DNA from: an uncultured Collinsella sp. | GTDB taxonomy: Bacteria; Actinomycetota; Coriobacteriia; Coriobacteriales; Coriobacteriaceae | Reading direction: 5' to 3' | DNA length: 64,000 nucleotides | Assembly (NCBI GenBank): GCA_902464965.1 | Contig: CABQLI010000003.1 | Coordinates: 93 to 64,092 of the forward strand | In this document: one piece after another, positions 41,346-54,881 of the stretch | Position numbering within the stretch: position 1 is the stretch's first letter | Layout: every line of letters starts with the position of its first letter | Notes under the pieces: model-generated | Databases searched by the model: none | What the model saw: the letters and a program-made list of their open reading frames with translations, nothing else | What the model was told of the DNA's origin: nothing | Position numbers and translations under genes: made by a program

Positions 41346-43772
41346 ATGAATAAGATCTTCGACAACAAGCAGGAGTTTACCGAGCTTTATCGCGATGCCG
41401 TCATGAGCATCAGCGGCAAGAGCGTCGAGGCCGCCAGCGACCTCGACCGCTTTAACGCCCTGGCCAAGCTCGTGGCCGAGAAGGCGCGCACCGTTGCCAC
41501 CAAGAGCGACGCCCGCGCCACCGCCGAGGGCAAGAAGCGCGTGTACTACTTCTCGATCGAGTTTTTGATCGGCCGCCTGCTTGACAACTACCTGCTCAAC
41601 TTTGGCGTGCGCGACATGGTCGCCGAGGCGCTCGACGACATGGGCTTTGACCTGTCCGTCATCGAGAGCCAGGAGCCCGATCCGGCGCTGGGCAACGGTG
41701 GCCTGGGACGTCTGGCCGCATGCTTCCTGGATTCCATGGCAGCCGAGGGCATTGCCGGCTACGGCAACGGCATGCGCTACCGCTACGGCCTGTTTAAGCA
41801 GGAGATCGTCAACGGCAGCCAGGTCGAGGCCACCGACGAGTGGCTCACCCATGGCTATCCCTGGGAGGTCCGTCGTCAGGACAAGGCCGTGACCATTAAG
41901 TTTGGCGGACGCGTCGAGGGCTTTGAGGAGAACGGCCGCACGTTCTACCGCACGGTGGACACGCAGGACATCCTGGCCGTCCCCTATGACATCCCCGTTG
42001 TGGGCTATGCCGGCGAGACCGTCAACAAACTGCGCGTCTGGGCCGCCGAGCCGGTCGAGGAGCACTTTGACCTGGAGGCCTTCAACCGCGGCGATTACGC
42101 CCTGGCCGATGCCGAGCGCGCCGAGGCCGAGGCCATCAGCGCCATCCTCTACCCCAACGACGCCGGCGAGCACGGTCGTCTGCTGCGCCTGAAGCAGGAG
42201 TACCTGTTTGTCTCGGCCGGCATCTACAGCCTGCTCGACACCTTTGAGAAGGAGCATGGCGAGAACTGGGAGCTGCTGCCGCAGTTTGTGGCCATCCACA
42301 CCAACGACACGCACCCCGCCATGTGCGGCCCCGAACTCATGCGCATCCTCATCGACGAGAAGAAGCTCGAGTGGGACGACGCCTGGAACATCGTGACGCA
42401 GGTCGTGAGCTACACCAACCACACCATCCTGCCCGAGGCTCTGGAGAAGTGGCCCATCGGCACGTTCTCCAAGCTCCTCCCCCGCGTGTACCAGATCATC
42501 GACGAGATCAGCCGCCGTTGGCACGAGTCCTTCGACACCACGCAGGAGGGCTGGCAGGAGCGCCTGCGCCAGACCGCTATCCTGTGGGACGGCGAGATTC
42601 GCATGGCCAACCTGTCCGTGATCTGCAGCCACAGCGTCAACGGCGTGGCCAAGATCCACTCCGACATCATCAAGAACATCGTGCTCAAGGACTTCTACGC
42701 CCTGACGCCCGAAAAGTTCAACAACAAGACCAACGGCATCTCGCATCGTCGCTTCTTTGCCGAGGCCAACCCCACCTATGCCAAGCTCGTCACCGAGGCC
42801 ATTGGCGACGGCTGGCTCAAGGACGCCTTTGAGCTGGAAAAGCTCAAGGAGTTCCAGAACGACACCGAGTTCCTGAAGGCCGTGGGTGCCTCCAAGCGCG
42901 CCAACAAGGAACGCCTGGCCGCCTACGTCAAGGCCGAGACCGGTCTGGTCATCGACCCCAACACCGTCTTCGATGTCCAGGTAAAGCGCTTCCACGCCTA
43001 CAAGCGCCAGCTCATGAACATCATGAAGGTGATGGACATCTACAACCGTCGCATCGCCGATCCCAACTTCCACGTGACGCCGACGACCTTCATCTTTAGC
43101 GGCAAGGCTGCCTCGAGCTACACCTTCGCCAAGGAGACCATCCGCCTCATTAACTCCGTGGCCGATGTCATCAACAACGACCCGCGCGTCAACGAGGTCA
43201 TGAAGGTCTGCTTTATCCCCAACTTCCGCGTGAGCAACGCCCAGCTCATCTACCCTGCCGCCGAGATCTCGGAGCAGATCTCCACGGCCGGCAAGGAGGC
43301 CTCGGGCACGTCCAACATGAAGCTCATGATGAACGGCGCCATTACGCTGGGCACCCTCGACGGCGCCAACATCGAGATCGCCGACCTGGCCGGCCGCGAG
43401 AACGAGGCCATCTTTGGCCTGACCGCCTCCGAGGTCGAGCAGCTCTGGGCGTCGAACAGCTACTTTGCATGGGATACCCTCAACAACGACCGCGAGCGTC
43501 TGGGCCGCGTGATGGACGAGCTCAAGGACAACACGTTTGCGGGTCTTTCGGGCAACTTCGAGAGCATCTACAACGAGCTCATGAACAACAACGACCCCGA
43601 CCTGGTCATGGCAGACTTCCGCAGCTACGTGGATGCCTGGGAGAAGCTCACCGGCGGCTACGGCGACCAGGAGACCTGGAACCGCAAGGCACTGCTCAAC
43701 ACCGCCTCCTCGGGCTGGTTCTCGAGCGACCGCACCATTCGCGAGTACCGCGACGAGATCTGGCACGCTTAA
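41346..43772 (+). CDS. glgP: Glycogen phosphorylase
   Basis: GNGGLGRLAAC and EASGTSNMK (PLP lysine) motifs. Confidence 0.97.
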   Translation: MNKIFDNKQEFTELYRDAVMSISGKSVEAASDLDRFNALAKLVAEKARTVATKSDARATAEGKKRVYYFSIEFLIGRLLDNYLLNFGVRDMVAEALDDMGFDLSVIESQEPDPALGNGGLGRLAACFLDSMAAEGIAGYGNGMRYRYGLFKQEIVNGSQVEATDEWLTHGYPWEVRRQDKAVTIKFGGRVEGFEENGRTFYRTVDTQDILAVPYDIPVVGYAGETVNKLRVWAAEPVEEHFDLEAFNRGDYALADAERAEAEAISAILYPNDAGEHGRLLRLKQEYLFVSAGIYSLLDTFEKEHGENWELLPQFVAIHTNDTHPAMCGPELMRILIDEKKLEWDDAWNIVTQVVSYTNHTILPEALEKWPIGTFSKLLPRVYQIIDEISRRWHESFDTTQEGWQERLRQTAILWDGEIRMANLSVICSHSVNGVAKIHSDIIKNIVLKDFYALTPEKFNNKTNGISHRRFFAEANPTYAKLVTEAIGDGWLKDAFELEKLKEFQNDTEFLKAVGASKRANKERLAAYVKAETGLVIDPNTVFDVQVKRFHAYKRQLMNIMKVMDIYNRRIADPNFHVTPTTFIFSGKAASSYTFAKETIRLINSVADVINNDPRVNEVMKVCFIPNFRVSNAQLIYPAAEISEQISTAGKEASGTSNMKLMMNGAITLGTLDGANIEIADLAGRENEAIFGLTASEVEQLWASNSYFAWDTLNNDRERLGRVMDELKDNTFAGLSGNFESIYNELMNNNDPDLVMADFRSYVDAWEKLTGGYGDQETWNRKALLNTASSGWFSSDRTIREYRDEIWHA

Positions 43773-43877
43773 AGGCGCGCGAGCTCCCTTTGCCGCACGG
43801 CATTATTCGGTGGGCGCGACCAGGAGCCGTGCCCACCGCTAATGGGTTAGAAACATCGATGACAGAAGGAGAAATCG

Positions 43878-45026
43878 ATGAGTAAGAAAGAATGCATCGC
43901 GATGCTCCTCGCAGGAGGACAGGGCAGCCGATTGGGGGCACTCACCCAAAAGATCGCCAAGCCGGCGGTTAGCTTTGGCGGTAAGTTCCGCATTATCGAC
44001 TTTTCGCTCTCCAACTGCTCCAACTCGGGCATCGACACGGTGGGCGTTCTGACGCAGTATCGCCCCTACCTGCTGCATGCCTACGTGGGCTCCGGCGAGG
44101 CATGGGATCTGGACAGCCGCGACGGCGGCGTTTCGATCCTGCCGCCGTACGAGACGCAAACCGGCGGCGCCTGGTATGCGGGTACGGCAGACGCCATCAC
44201 GCAGAACCTGGACTACATCAAGGCCAACGACCCCAAGTACGTCCTGATTCTTTCGGGCGATCACCTGTATCGCATGGACTACCGCAAGATGCTCAAGACG
44301 CACATTGAGAACAACGCCGACCTCACGGTGAGCGTTATGCCCGTGCCGTGGGAGGAGGCCAGCCGCTTTGGCATCCTGACCACCGACCCCGAGGACGGCC
44401 GCATCACCAAGTTTACCGAGAAGCCCGAGAAGCCCGATTCGAACCTCGCGTCCATGGGCATTTACATCTTCTCGGCCGACGTGCTGATCGAGGCGCTCGA
44501 GGAGGACGCTCTGGACCAGCGCTCGAGCCACGACTTTGGCAAGGACATCATCCCCAAGCTGCTCGGCGAGAACAAGCGCCTGTACAGCTACGAGTTCCAC
44601 GGCTTTTGGAAGGATGTTGGCACCATCGCCAGCTTCCACGAGACCTCGATGGACCTGCTGGGCAACAACCCCGAGTTCGATCTGTTCGACAAGCACTTCC
44701 CCATCATGTCCAACATCACCACGCGACCGCCGCACTACATTGGCCCGGACGGCCGCCTAGACGACTGCCTGGTCTCCAATGGCTGCAAGATCTACGGCAC
44801 CGCTCGCCACTCGATCCTTTCGACCGATGTCATCATCGAGGAGCGCGCCGTGGTCGAGGACTCCGTGCTGCTGCCGGGTGCGCACGTTAAGAGCGGCGCG
44901 CACATCTGCCGCGCTATTTTGGGCGAGAACTCCACGGTCGAAGAGGGCGTGAAGCTCGGCTCTGTCGATACCACCAAGGATACGGCCGTCGTCGGAAATG
45001 ACGTCGTTATCGGGAAGGGGGAATGA
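43878..45026 (+). CDS. glgC: Glucose-1-phosphate adenylyltransferase
   Basis: [14 protein letters not shown] and ILSGDH motifs. Confidence 0.97.
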   Translation: MSKKECIAMLLAGGQGSRLGALTQKIAKPAVSFGGKFRIIDFSLSNCSNSGIDTVGVLTQYRPYLLHAYVGSGEAWDLDSRDGGVSILPPYETQTGGAWYAGTADAITQNLDYIKANDPKYVLILSGDHLYRMDYRKMLKTHIENNADLTVSVMPVPWEEASRFGILTTDPEDGRITKFTEKPEKPDSNLASMGIYIFSADVLIEALEEDALDQRSSHDFGKDIIPKLLGENKRLYSYEFHGFWKDVGTIASFHETSMDLLGNNPEFDLFDKHFPIMSNITTRPPHYIGPDGRLDDCLVSNGCKIYGTARHSILSTDVIIEERAVVEDSVLLPGAHVKSGAHICRAILGENSTVEEGVKLGSVDTTKDTAVVGNDVVIGKGE

Positions 45027-45030
45027 TCCG

Positions 45031-46158
45031 ATGATCAATCGCAAGGCCATCGGTTATATCACCGCTAACTACTCTTCGACCTACGGCAGCGTGCTGCTCA
45101 AGGACCGCCCCATCGCGTCCGTCCCGTTTTTGGGCCGCTACCGCCTGATCGACTTCCCGCTGTCCAACATGATGAATGCCGGCATTAAGACCGTCGGCGT
45201 CGTCATGCCGGGCAACTACCGCTCGCTGATCGACCACGTGGGCTCGGGCAAGGACTGGGGCCTGGACCGCAAGAAGGGTGGCCTGTTCATGGTCCCCGGC
45301 AACGCGTATGGCACCACCAAGGGCGGCATGCGCTTCCTGCTGCGCGACATCATCTCCAACAAGACGCTGTTCCAGCGCTCGGATAAGCCCTATGTTGTGA
45401 TGATGGGCACCAACATCATCTTCAATATGGACCTCAACACCATCATCGACGCGCACGAGAACTCCGGTGCCCAGATGACCGTGGTGTACTGTAAGGCCAC
45501 GCGCAACGTCGATGACGAGACCAAGCTGCAGATCAACGAGAACGGCCGTCTGACGGGCGTGAGCGCCGGCGTCGTGTACGGCGACAACGCCTCTATGGAC
45601 TGCTGCATCGTCAACCGCGAGACGCTGCTCGAGATTATCGACCACTACCAGGCCGCTGACTATCTGGACCTGCTCGAGGCACTCCAGGGCGACTTTGGCA
45701 ACATCGACGTGTGCAGCTACGAGTACAAGGGCGAGGTCGTGGGCGTGTTTAGCGAGAAGTCGCTGTATCGCCGCAGCATGGACCTGCTCGACCAGACCGT
45801 GGCCGACCAGCTCTTCGACCCCGAGCGCCCGATCTTGACCAAGGCCCACGACGTGCCGCCTTCGCGCTACGCGACCGGCAGTCATGCGTGCAACTCGATC
45901 ATCTCGGCCGGCTGCATCATCAAGGGCACCGTGCGCAACTCGATCCTGTCGCGCGGCGTCGTGGTCGAGGAAGGCGCCTCGGTGACCAACTCGATCATCA
46001 ACCAGAGCTGCATCATCAAGAGCGGCGCCCGTGTTGAGAACGCCATCCTGGACAAGAACAACGTGGTCCCCACCAACACCGAGCTTCGCGGCACGCCCGA
46101 GAACATCCTGGTGCTGGGCAAGGCTCCGTTAACTTCTGATACCACGATCGTGCGTTAA
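45031..46158 (+). CDS. glgD: Glucose-1-phosphate adenylyltransferase subunit GlgD
   Basis: RPIASVPFLGRYRLIDF; lacks the GlgC glycine loop; follows glgC. Confidence 0.92.
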   Translation: MINRKAIGYITANYSSTYGSVLLKDRPIASVPFLGRYRLIDFPLSNMMNAGIKTVGVVMPGNYRSLIDHVGSGKDWGLDRKKGGLFMVPGNAYGTTKGGMRFLLRDIISNKTLFQRSDKPYVVMMGTNIIFNMDLNTIIDAHENSGAQMTVVYCKATRNVDDETKLQINENGRLTGVSAGVVYGDNASMDCCIVNRETLLEIIDHYQAADYLDLLEALQGDFGNIDVCSYEYKGEVVGVFSEKSLYRRSMDLLDQTVADQLFDPERPILTKAHDVPPSRYATGSHACNSIISAGCIIKGTVRNSILSRGVVVEEGASVTNSIINQSCIIKSGARVENAILDKNNVVPTNTELRGTPENILVLGKAPLTSDTTIVR

Positions 46159-46248
46159 CGTTGGTACCGCAACATCGCTCGTAACATGTAGAATAGCCGC
46201 CCGGTTCGCGCCTGGCGGCTATTCTCGAATAACAACATGGGAGACAAT

Positions 46249-48582
<2,334 letters not shown>

Positions 48583-48618
48583 CCCACAGACGATCCAATA
48601 CCTAATCAAACCCTATGT

Positions 48619-48645
48619 AAGGGGCGCTCCAACCGGGCGCCCCTT
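48619..48645 (+). terminator. Hairpin terminator after glgA
   Basis: AAGGGGCGC...GCGCCCCTT inverted repeat. Confidence 0.7.
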
Positions 48646-48658
48646 CTCTGTAGGTAGT

Positions 48659-48676
48659 TGGTAAAACGATTTTCTA
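48659..48676. promoter_or_regulatory. Putative LacI-family operator upstream of GH13/malQ
   Basis: TGGTAAAACGATTTTCTA. Confidence 0.4.
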
Positions 48677-48800
48677 GGACAACCGTTCGCCGATGGTAAA
48701 CGGATGTTGTTTATACAGCCTGTGTACAACAGATATACTTACATCCTGTGCGTAAAGCCCATGGCCAGCAGGCCATGATTCTATTGAACTGGACCGTACT

Positions 48801-51800
48801 ATGAGATTGATACACAACAGCCGTCTACCGCAGTTTCGCACTCCGTTTGGCGCTGTGACCACTGGAACTACCCTTTCACTCTCCGTGATTCTGGAGGATG
48901 CCGATCCCGCGCAGGCAACGCTTACGCTGCGCACCTGGGTCGATGAGATTGGTGAGTCTCGGTATCCCATGACGCACGAGGGCGACGGCATATTTACCGT
49001 AGAGCTTGAGTGCACCGAGCCCTGTCTTATCTGGTACAGCTTTATCTGCAATATTGAGGGCCAGCCCGAGGTTCGCCTGGGCGCACCACAGGGCCGCACC
49101 GGCGGCGAAGGCGTAACCTACGATTACGCCGAGGTGCCGTCATTCCAGGTCACCGTCTACAAGCACCGCGAAGTTCGACCCGAGTGGTACGAGCGCGGTA
49201 TGGTCTACCAGATCTTCCCCGATCGTTATGCCCGCGACGAGCACTGGCGCGAGCGCACGCTGGCCGAGGTCGAAAAACCGCGTAAGGGCATTCAGCGCCG
49301 CATGGTCGAGGACTGGAACGAGCCGCCTGTGTACGAGCGCGCCGAGGACGGCTCCATCAAAACTTGGGACTTCTACGGCGGCTCGCTCAAGGGCATCCAG
49401 GAAGACCTGCCTCGCATCGCCGAGCTGGGCTTTACAGCCATCTACCTCAACCCCATTTTTGAAGCCGCGAGCAACCACCGCTACGACACCGCCGATTACA
49501 CCAAGATCGATCCGATTCTGGGCACCGAGCAGGACTTTACCGAGCTGTGCGAGGCGGCCGAGAAGCTCGGCATTTCCATCATTCTGGACGGTGTGTTCAA
49601 CCACACGGGCGACGATTCGATCTACTTCAACCGCTACGGCAACTACCCCGGCGTGGGCGCGTGGCAGAGCGAGGATTCGCCGTGGCGCGATGCGTTTTAT
49701 TTCCACGAGGACGGCTCGTACGACTGTTGGTGGGGCGTGGGCAATATGCCCGCCATCAATGAGAGCTCCGAACTGGTACGCGAGCGGCTCCTGGGCAAGG
49801 ACGGCGTCATTCGTAAATGGCTGCGCGCCGGCGCTCACGGCTGGCGCCTGGATGTGGCCGACGAGCTTTCCGATGACTTCCTGACCGAGATCAAAAAGGC
49901 CGTGCTCGCCGAGAAGCCCGACGCACTGCTGCTCGGCGAGGTCTGGGAAGACGCCTCCAACAAGATCAGCTACGGCCATCTGCGTCGCTACCTGCAGGGC
50001 TCCGAGCTGGACTCTGCTATGGATTACCCCTTCCGCGACATGGTCATCGGCTTTTTGATGGGCTACAAAAACGCCTACCAAGCTGCCGAGGATATCGAGA
50101 CCCTGCGCGAGAACTACCCGCGCGAGGCATTATCCTGCGCGCTCAATCTGCTGTCGAGCCACGACCGCCCGCGCATTATCTCGGTGCTCGGCGGTGGCCC
50201 CGACGAGTCGCAGCTGCCCGAGAGTGAGCGCAGCAAATGGCGCCTGGACGAGAACTCCATGGGCCTGGCCAAGAGCCGCTTTTGGCTGGCGACGCTCATG
50301 CAGATGACGTTCCCGGGCGTTCCCTCAATCTATTACGGTGACGAGTACGGCTTGGAGGGACTCACCGATCCGGGTAATCGCCGCACCATGCCGACCAAGG
50401 AAGACCTGCACGACTTCGATACGTTCGCGATCGTCAAGAACGCATCTGCTGTGCGCCGCGCGCTGCCGTTTATGATCGACGGTGAAATCAAGGCCTTCGC
50501 GCTCAATGACGAGGTGCTGGCCTACAACCGTACCGGTAAAGACGGCGAGTCCGCGACCGTCATCATCAACCGCAGCCTGCGCAATTCACACCGCGTGACG
50601 ATTCCGGCGCTCGGCGAATGCGCGAGCGATGTGATTAGCGGTCACGAGTGCGAGATCCACAACGGTACGGTCACGCTCGACCTGTACCCACTGGGTTCGT
50701 CGATCATCTATCACCACGCCGAGCAGCGCCTGCAGGAGCCGCTCGATCACGGTGCGGGTGTTGTGTGCCATATCACATCGGTGCCGACCGACGACGGCAA
50801 ACCCGGTACGATCGGTGCGCCCACGCGTCGCTTTATCGACCATCTGGCCGCCATGGGCATGCGCTACTGGCAGGTTCTTCCCGTCAACCCCACGGACTTC
50901 TTCCGCTCCCCTTACGCCGGTCCTTCGGCCTTTGCAGGCAATATCGACCTCCTACCCGAGAGCCACGAGGAGCTGGCAGCCGACTTTGAGACCTGGAAGG
51001 CCCGCGGCGGCGAGGATGCTGACCCGCTGTACACCGCGTTTAAGCATCGCAATGCCGATTGGCTCGAGAAATACTGCGTCTATATGGCCGTCAAAAAGTA
51101 CTTTGAGGGCGAGTCGCGCCACGATTGGCCGGCAGATGTCGCGCGCTACAACGAGCATCTGATCGACGACAAGCGCTTCCACAACGAGGCCGAGCTTCAG
51201 GCGTACATGCAGTACCGCTTTGACTTGGCTTGGTGCGAGCTCATGAACTATGCGCACAAGAAGGGCATCGAGGTTATCGGCGATATTCCTATGTACGTGT
51301 CGGACGATTCGGCAGACGCGTGGAGCGAACCTGAGAACTTCTGGCTGTCCGATACCGGCAAGGCAATCGAGATTTCCGGCGCGCCGCCCGACAACTTTGC
51401 GCCCGAGGGCCAGGTGTGGGGCAACCCGACGTTCCGCTGGGACCACATGAAGCAGAACGGCTATAGCTGGTGGATGGATCGCCTGCGTCGTGCGTTTTCG
51501 CTCTACGACCGCGTGCGCCTGGATCACTTCCTGGGATTCCACAGTTACTTTAGTATCCCCGCAGGCAAGGCTTGCGCCGAAGGTCGCTGGTTGGCGGGAC
51601 CGGGCAAGGACCTGTTCCAGACCGCTTATGACGAGCTGGGTCCGCTCAACTTTATCGCTGAGGACTTGGGCTATCTGACGCCCGGTGTTCGCGCCATGGC
51701 ATCGACCTGCGGTTTCCCCGGCATGGACGTGCTGGAGTTTAGCGACTACGACGTTCGTTGCGGTGTGCATCCCACGCCCGGCAAGATTCTGTACACCTCG

Positions 51801-52097
51801 ACGCACGACACGTCGACGCTCGCCGGCTGGTGTACGCGTTCTTTTGCGGGCGGCGATGAACCGAGCGGTGTTGAGGTGGCGGCCAAGCTGATGAGCGACG
51901 CACTGGCAAGCGACGCTCCCCTGGTGATGATGCCGCTGCAGGACGTGCTGGGGCTGGGCGACGACGCACGCATGAACGTGCCGGGCGTGGCCACGGGCAA
52001 CTGGACCTGGCAGGCTGACGAGGCGGACATTGCAGCCGCCGAGGGCAAAACCGCGCGGCTCCTGCGCAACAACCATAGATTCTGGGGCGAAGCGTGA
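48801..52097 (+). CDS. malQ: Fused GH13 (neopullulanase-like) and GH77 4-alpha-glucanotransferase
   Basis: N-terminal YQIFPDR, NHRYD, GWRLDVADE, GEVW, SHD; C-terminal WQVLP, SPY, WGNP, RLDHF, AEDLG, THD, MNVPG. Confidence 0.92.
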   Translation: MRLIHNSRLPQFRTPFGAVTTGTTLSLSVILEDADPAQATLTLRTWVDEIGESRYPMTHEGDGIFTVELECTEPCLIWYSFICNIEGQPEVRLGAPQGRTGGEGVTYDYAEVPSFQVTVYKHREVRPEWYERGMVYQIFPDRYARDEHWRERTLAEVEKPRKGIQRRMVEDWNEPPVYERAEDGSIKTWDFYGGSLKGIQEDLPRIAELGFTAIYLNPIFEAASNHRYDTADYTKIDPILGTEQDFTELCEAAEKLGISIILDGVFNHTGDDSIYFNRYGNYPGVGAWQSEDSPWRDAFYFHEDGSYDCWWGVGNMPAINESSELVRERLLGKDGVIRKWLRAGAHGWRLDVADELSDDFLTEIKKAVLAEKPDALLLGEVWEDASNKISYGHLRRYLQGSELDSAMDYPFRDMVIGFLMGYKNAYQAAEDIETLRENYPREALSCALNLLSSHDRPRIISVLGGGPDESQLPESERSKWRLDENSMGLAKSRFWLATLMQMTFPGVPSIYYGDEYGLEGLTDPGNRRTMPTKEDLHDFDTFAIVKNASAVRRALPFMIDGEIKAFALNDEVLAYNRTGKDGESATVIINRSLRNSHRVTIPALGECASDVISGHECEIHNGTVTLDLYPLGSSIIYHHAEQRLQEPLDHGAGVVCHITSVPTDDGKPGTIGAPTRRFIDHLAAMGMRYWQVLPVNPTDFFRSPYAGPSAFAGNIDLLPESHEELAADFETWKARGGEDADPLYTAFKHRNADWLEKYCVYMAVKKYFEGESRHDWPADVARYNEHLIDDKRFHNEAELQAYMQYRFDLAWCELMNYAHKKGIEVIGDIPMYVSDDSADAWSEPENFWLSDTGKAIEISGAPPDNFAPEGQVWGNPTFRWDHMKQNGYSWWMDRLRRAFSLYDRVRLDHFLGFHSYFSIPAGKACAEGRWLAGPGKDLFQTAYDELGPLNFIAEDLGYLTPGVRAMASTCGFPGMDVLEFSDYDVRCGVHPTPGKILYTSTHDTSTLAGWCTRSFAGGDEPSGVEVAAKLMSDALASDAPLVMMPLQDVLGLGDDARMNVPGVATGNWTWQADEADIAAAEGKTARLLRNNHRFWGEA

Positions 52098-52186
52098 TAA
52101 AACCCCCGATATAGGGTACAGTTACAGACGTTTGAATTTTTGCGGGCAGAGTAATCTGCCCGCTTTGTGCTGAAAAGGAAGTATTT

Positions 52187-52423
52187 ATGGCGCGCTACGA
52201 TTACAAGTGCTCGAGCTGCGGCAACGTGTTTGAGGTTGAGCATCCCATGTCCGTGACCCCCGAGGTCGTGTGCCCCAGCTGCGGTGCCCCGGCGGCCAAG
52301 ACGTTCTCAGCCAGCGGCATAAAATTTGAGGGCAGCGGTTTCTACAACACCGACCAGCGAAGCGGCGGCTCCAGCACCAGCGCCACGAGCGGCTGCTGCG
52401 CCAACTGCCCGCACAGCCACTAG
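52187..52423 (+). CDS. FmdB-family zinc-ribbon protein
   Basis: YDYKCSSCG..CPSCG..FEGSGFYNTD. Confidence 0.9.
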   Translation: MARYDYKCSSCGNVFEVEHPMSVTPEVVCPSCGAPAAKTFSASGIKFEGSGFYNTDQRSGGSSTSATSGCCANCPHSH

Positions 52424-52431
52424 AAACCAAA

Positions 52432-52463
52432 CAGCCCCGCGACCGACATCGATCGCGGGGCTG
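52432..52463. terminator. Bidirectional hairpin between convergent genes
   Basis: CAGCCCCGCGA...TCGCGGGGCTG inverted repeat. Confidence 0.7.
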
Positions 52464-52563
52464 ATTCTTTGCGCTATAGGTGGCTCTATGAGTTGCGGTG
52501 AAATAAGGACTGTTTGGCGGGCAGAAGAGGCTTTTCAATCCCTATTTCACCGCAACATAGTAG

Positions 52564-53964
52564 TTACTTGCGGACCAGCCTGGCGCAGAAGTGGCCGTCG
52601 TAGGAGTCGGCGTTTACGGGAACGCTTTGGAAGAGGCCTCGATCGTTCTGGCGTACGGAAACGAGCTTCTTGGCCTGATCGAACTCGGGGAGTTGCAGAA
52701 TCTGTGCTTCGGAAAGCGGCGCCACGCTAAAGCCGGCACCCTCGGGAGAAGCAAGGAACGCGTCCACCACCTGTGTGTTCTCCTCGTCGAAGACCGAGCA
52801 CGTCGCATAGATGAGCTCGCCGCCGGCAGCCACGCGCGCGGCAGCTTCCTTGAGCATCGTCAGCTGCAGTTTGGGCAGCTCAACCGTTACGTCCTTTTCG
52901 GTCAGTCGCCAAGGGATCTCGGGATGACGGCGCATGGTGCCGGTGCCCGAGCACGGCGCATCGATAAAAACGGTGTCGAACTTAACCGGAACGCCAAGCA
53001 TGGCATCAAACGATGTGAGCACCTCATCAAGCTCGCAGGCATCACCCGAAACCGTACGAACACCCTGAATACCCGCCTTGTGAAGGCGCGCGAGATTCAG
53101 GTCGCACTTACGGTCATGAAGATCAAGTGCCGTATGCTGGCGCTCATAGCCGGCGCGCTTGGCCTGGCACATCATCACATAGGTCTTGGTACCGCGACCG
53201 GCACCAATCTCAAGGCAGCTTCCAGGGCGAGTGGCAGCTGTGGCGATGAGCTGAGCGTTAAGGTCCGAGGCCACCGCGGCAGCACGCTCAAACACACCCG
53301 AAGCAACGGTAACCTGGGCATCAACCGGAGCATGGCAGCCCGGGAAGACAGGCGCGACGAGCTGCGAGATATACGGATCGGGCTTAGTCGCAAAGGCGTT
53401 CTCATGCAGGGCCAGCGGAGCGGGGGCCAGATTGCCGGCAAAGTTAAGCGCACCCTCGGGCGTGTCAAACGACGCCATAATGCGAGCGCACAACCAGCGC
53501 GGAAGACCCATCAGGCGCGACAGACGAACCAAGCGCCGCTCAGACTCATCCACATCGGACGCAGTAGCAAAGTCATCAACATTGTCAGCAACCTTATGCA
53601 GTACAGCATTGGCCAAGCCAGCGGCGGACTTAGCGCCGCAGCGAACCAGCTCAACACCCTGACTTACAGCAACGCGGCCAGGCGTATGCAGATAGAGCAT
53701 CTCGAAGGCCGAGATACGAAGCGCCATGCGAACACGCGGGGCAACCTTTTTAGGCTTATCAAGAAACTGATCGAGCAGCTCGTCCAAAATACCCTGCGTA
53801 GCGGCCACACCCAGCGCCAAGCGGGCGGCAAAAGCGGAATCGCGCTGGTCAATAGCCTTGGCCGATGCGCGAGAGGACAGCACGTCACGCGCGTACATGC
53901 CGCGGCGATCGGCCTCCATCAGCACATCGATCGCAAGCTTGCGCGCGGGAGACAGCTTGCTCAT
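52564..53964 (-). CDS. rsmB: 16S rRNA m5C methyltransferase RsmB/Sun (NusB-like N-terminal domain)
   Basis: DAPCSGTG, YATCS and ANAVL motifs; overlaps the fmt stop. Confidence 0.88.
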   Translation of the reverse strand: MSKLSPARKLAIDVLMEADRRGMYARDVLSSRASAKAIDQRDSAFAARLALGVAATQGILDELLDQFLDKPKKVAPRVRMALRISAFEMLYLHTPGRVAVSQGVELVRCGAKSAAGLANAVLHKVADNVDDFATASDVDESERRLVRLSRLMGLPRWLCARIMASFDTPEGALNFAGNLAPAPLALHENAFATKPDPYISQLVAPVFPGCHAPVDAQVTVASGVFERAAAVASDLNAQLIATAATRPGSCLEIGAGRGTKTYVMMCQAKRAGYERQHTALDLHDRKCDLNLARLHKAGIQGVRTVSGDACELDEVLTSFDAMLGVPVKFDTVFIDAPCSGTGTMRRHPEIPWRLTEKDVTVELPKLQLTMLKEAAARVAAGGELIYATCSVFDEENTQVVDAFLASPEGAGFSVAPLSEAQILQLPEFDQAKKLVSVRQNDRGLFQSVPVNADSYDGHFCARLVRK

Positions 53965-54881
53965 GACAAAACACCCCACGAAAGATCGGCGCCCTGCAGA
54001 CCTGCAGCCCAAGCAGAAGCGGCCATAGCACGCTTGCCATCGGGCTTAACTTCAAGCAGCTCAACCGCACCATCGGAAAGTCCCAGGTAAACACGCTTGC
54101 CCTTAACGGCAACAGCGCCTTCGCCAAGCGACACATCAGCCGGCTCAGCATCGAGCACGCGAACCGACTTGCCGGCAATCACACAACGAGCGGGAGCGGT
54201 GTCGGACGAGGCAAGCACATGACGCACACAATCAAGTGCCGCCATCTGAGGGTCAAGACGCATCTCCTGCTTAGAAATCTTGGCAGCATGGGTAACAAGC
54301 GACTCATCCTGTTCAGTCCACACGGCGGTGCCATCGGCAAGCGAAGGAAGCGTATCGGCAAGCAGTTTGCCGCCAAGCTCACCAAGCTCCATGGTCAGCG
54401 CCTCAGCATGCTTACCGGCAACCGACGTGGAAGCCTGAGCACAATAAGCACCAGTATCCACGCCATGCCCAATGCGCATAATGGAAACGCCAGCAACCTC
54501 ATCACCAGCAAGAATGGCACGCTGAATGGGAGCAGCACCACGCCAACGAGGCAGCAAGGACGCATGAACATTCACAATACCAAGCGGCGCCATTTGCAGC
54601 ACCTCATCGGGCAAAATGCAGCCATAGGCAGCCACACAGAAAATATCGGCATCTGCAGCCTGGAGCGCCTCAACTACCTCCGGCGTCATACGATTGGCCT
54701 CAACGACTGGCAACCCCAGCTCAAGCGCCTTAGCCTTAACAGGAGACGGCTCCAACTTTTTACCACGCCCACGAACAGCATCGGGACGAGTAACAACAAG
54801 CGCAATCTCATTACCAGCCGCAATAAGCGAAGTCAACGAAGGCACAGCAAAATCAGGCGTACCCATAAACACAATACGCAT
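53961..54881 (-). CDS. fmt: Methionyl-tRNA formyltransferase
   Basis: MRIVFMGTPDFA and NVHASLLPRWRGAAPIQ motifs. Confidence 0.97.
   Translation of the reverse strand: MRIVFMGTPDFAVPSLTSLIAAGNEIALVVTRPDAVRGRGKKLEPSPVKAKALELGLPVVEANRMTPEVVEALQAADADIFCVAAYGCILPDEVLQMAPLGIVNVHASLLPRWRGAAPIQRAILAGDEVAGVSIMRIGHGVDTGAYCAQASTSVAGKHAEALTMELGELGGKLLADTLPSLADGTAVWTEQDESLVTHAAKISKQEMRLDPQMAALDCVRHVLASSDTAPARCVIAGKSVRVLDAEPADVSLGEGAVAVKGKRVYLGLSDGAVELLEVKPDGKRAMAASAWAAGLQGADLSWGVLS

Noticed and set aside
41304..43766. 820-aa antisense ORF, and similar long shadow ORFs opposite wecB, the radical SAM gene, glgA, gltX and rsmB
   Set aside because: They mirror well-supported genes; high-GC codon bias removes stops on the opposite strand, and they contain no recognisable motifs.
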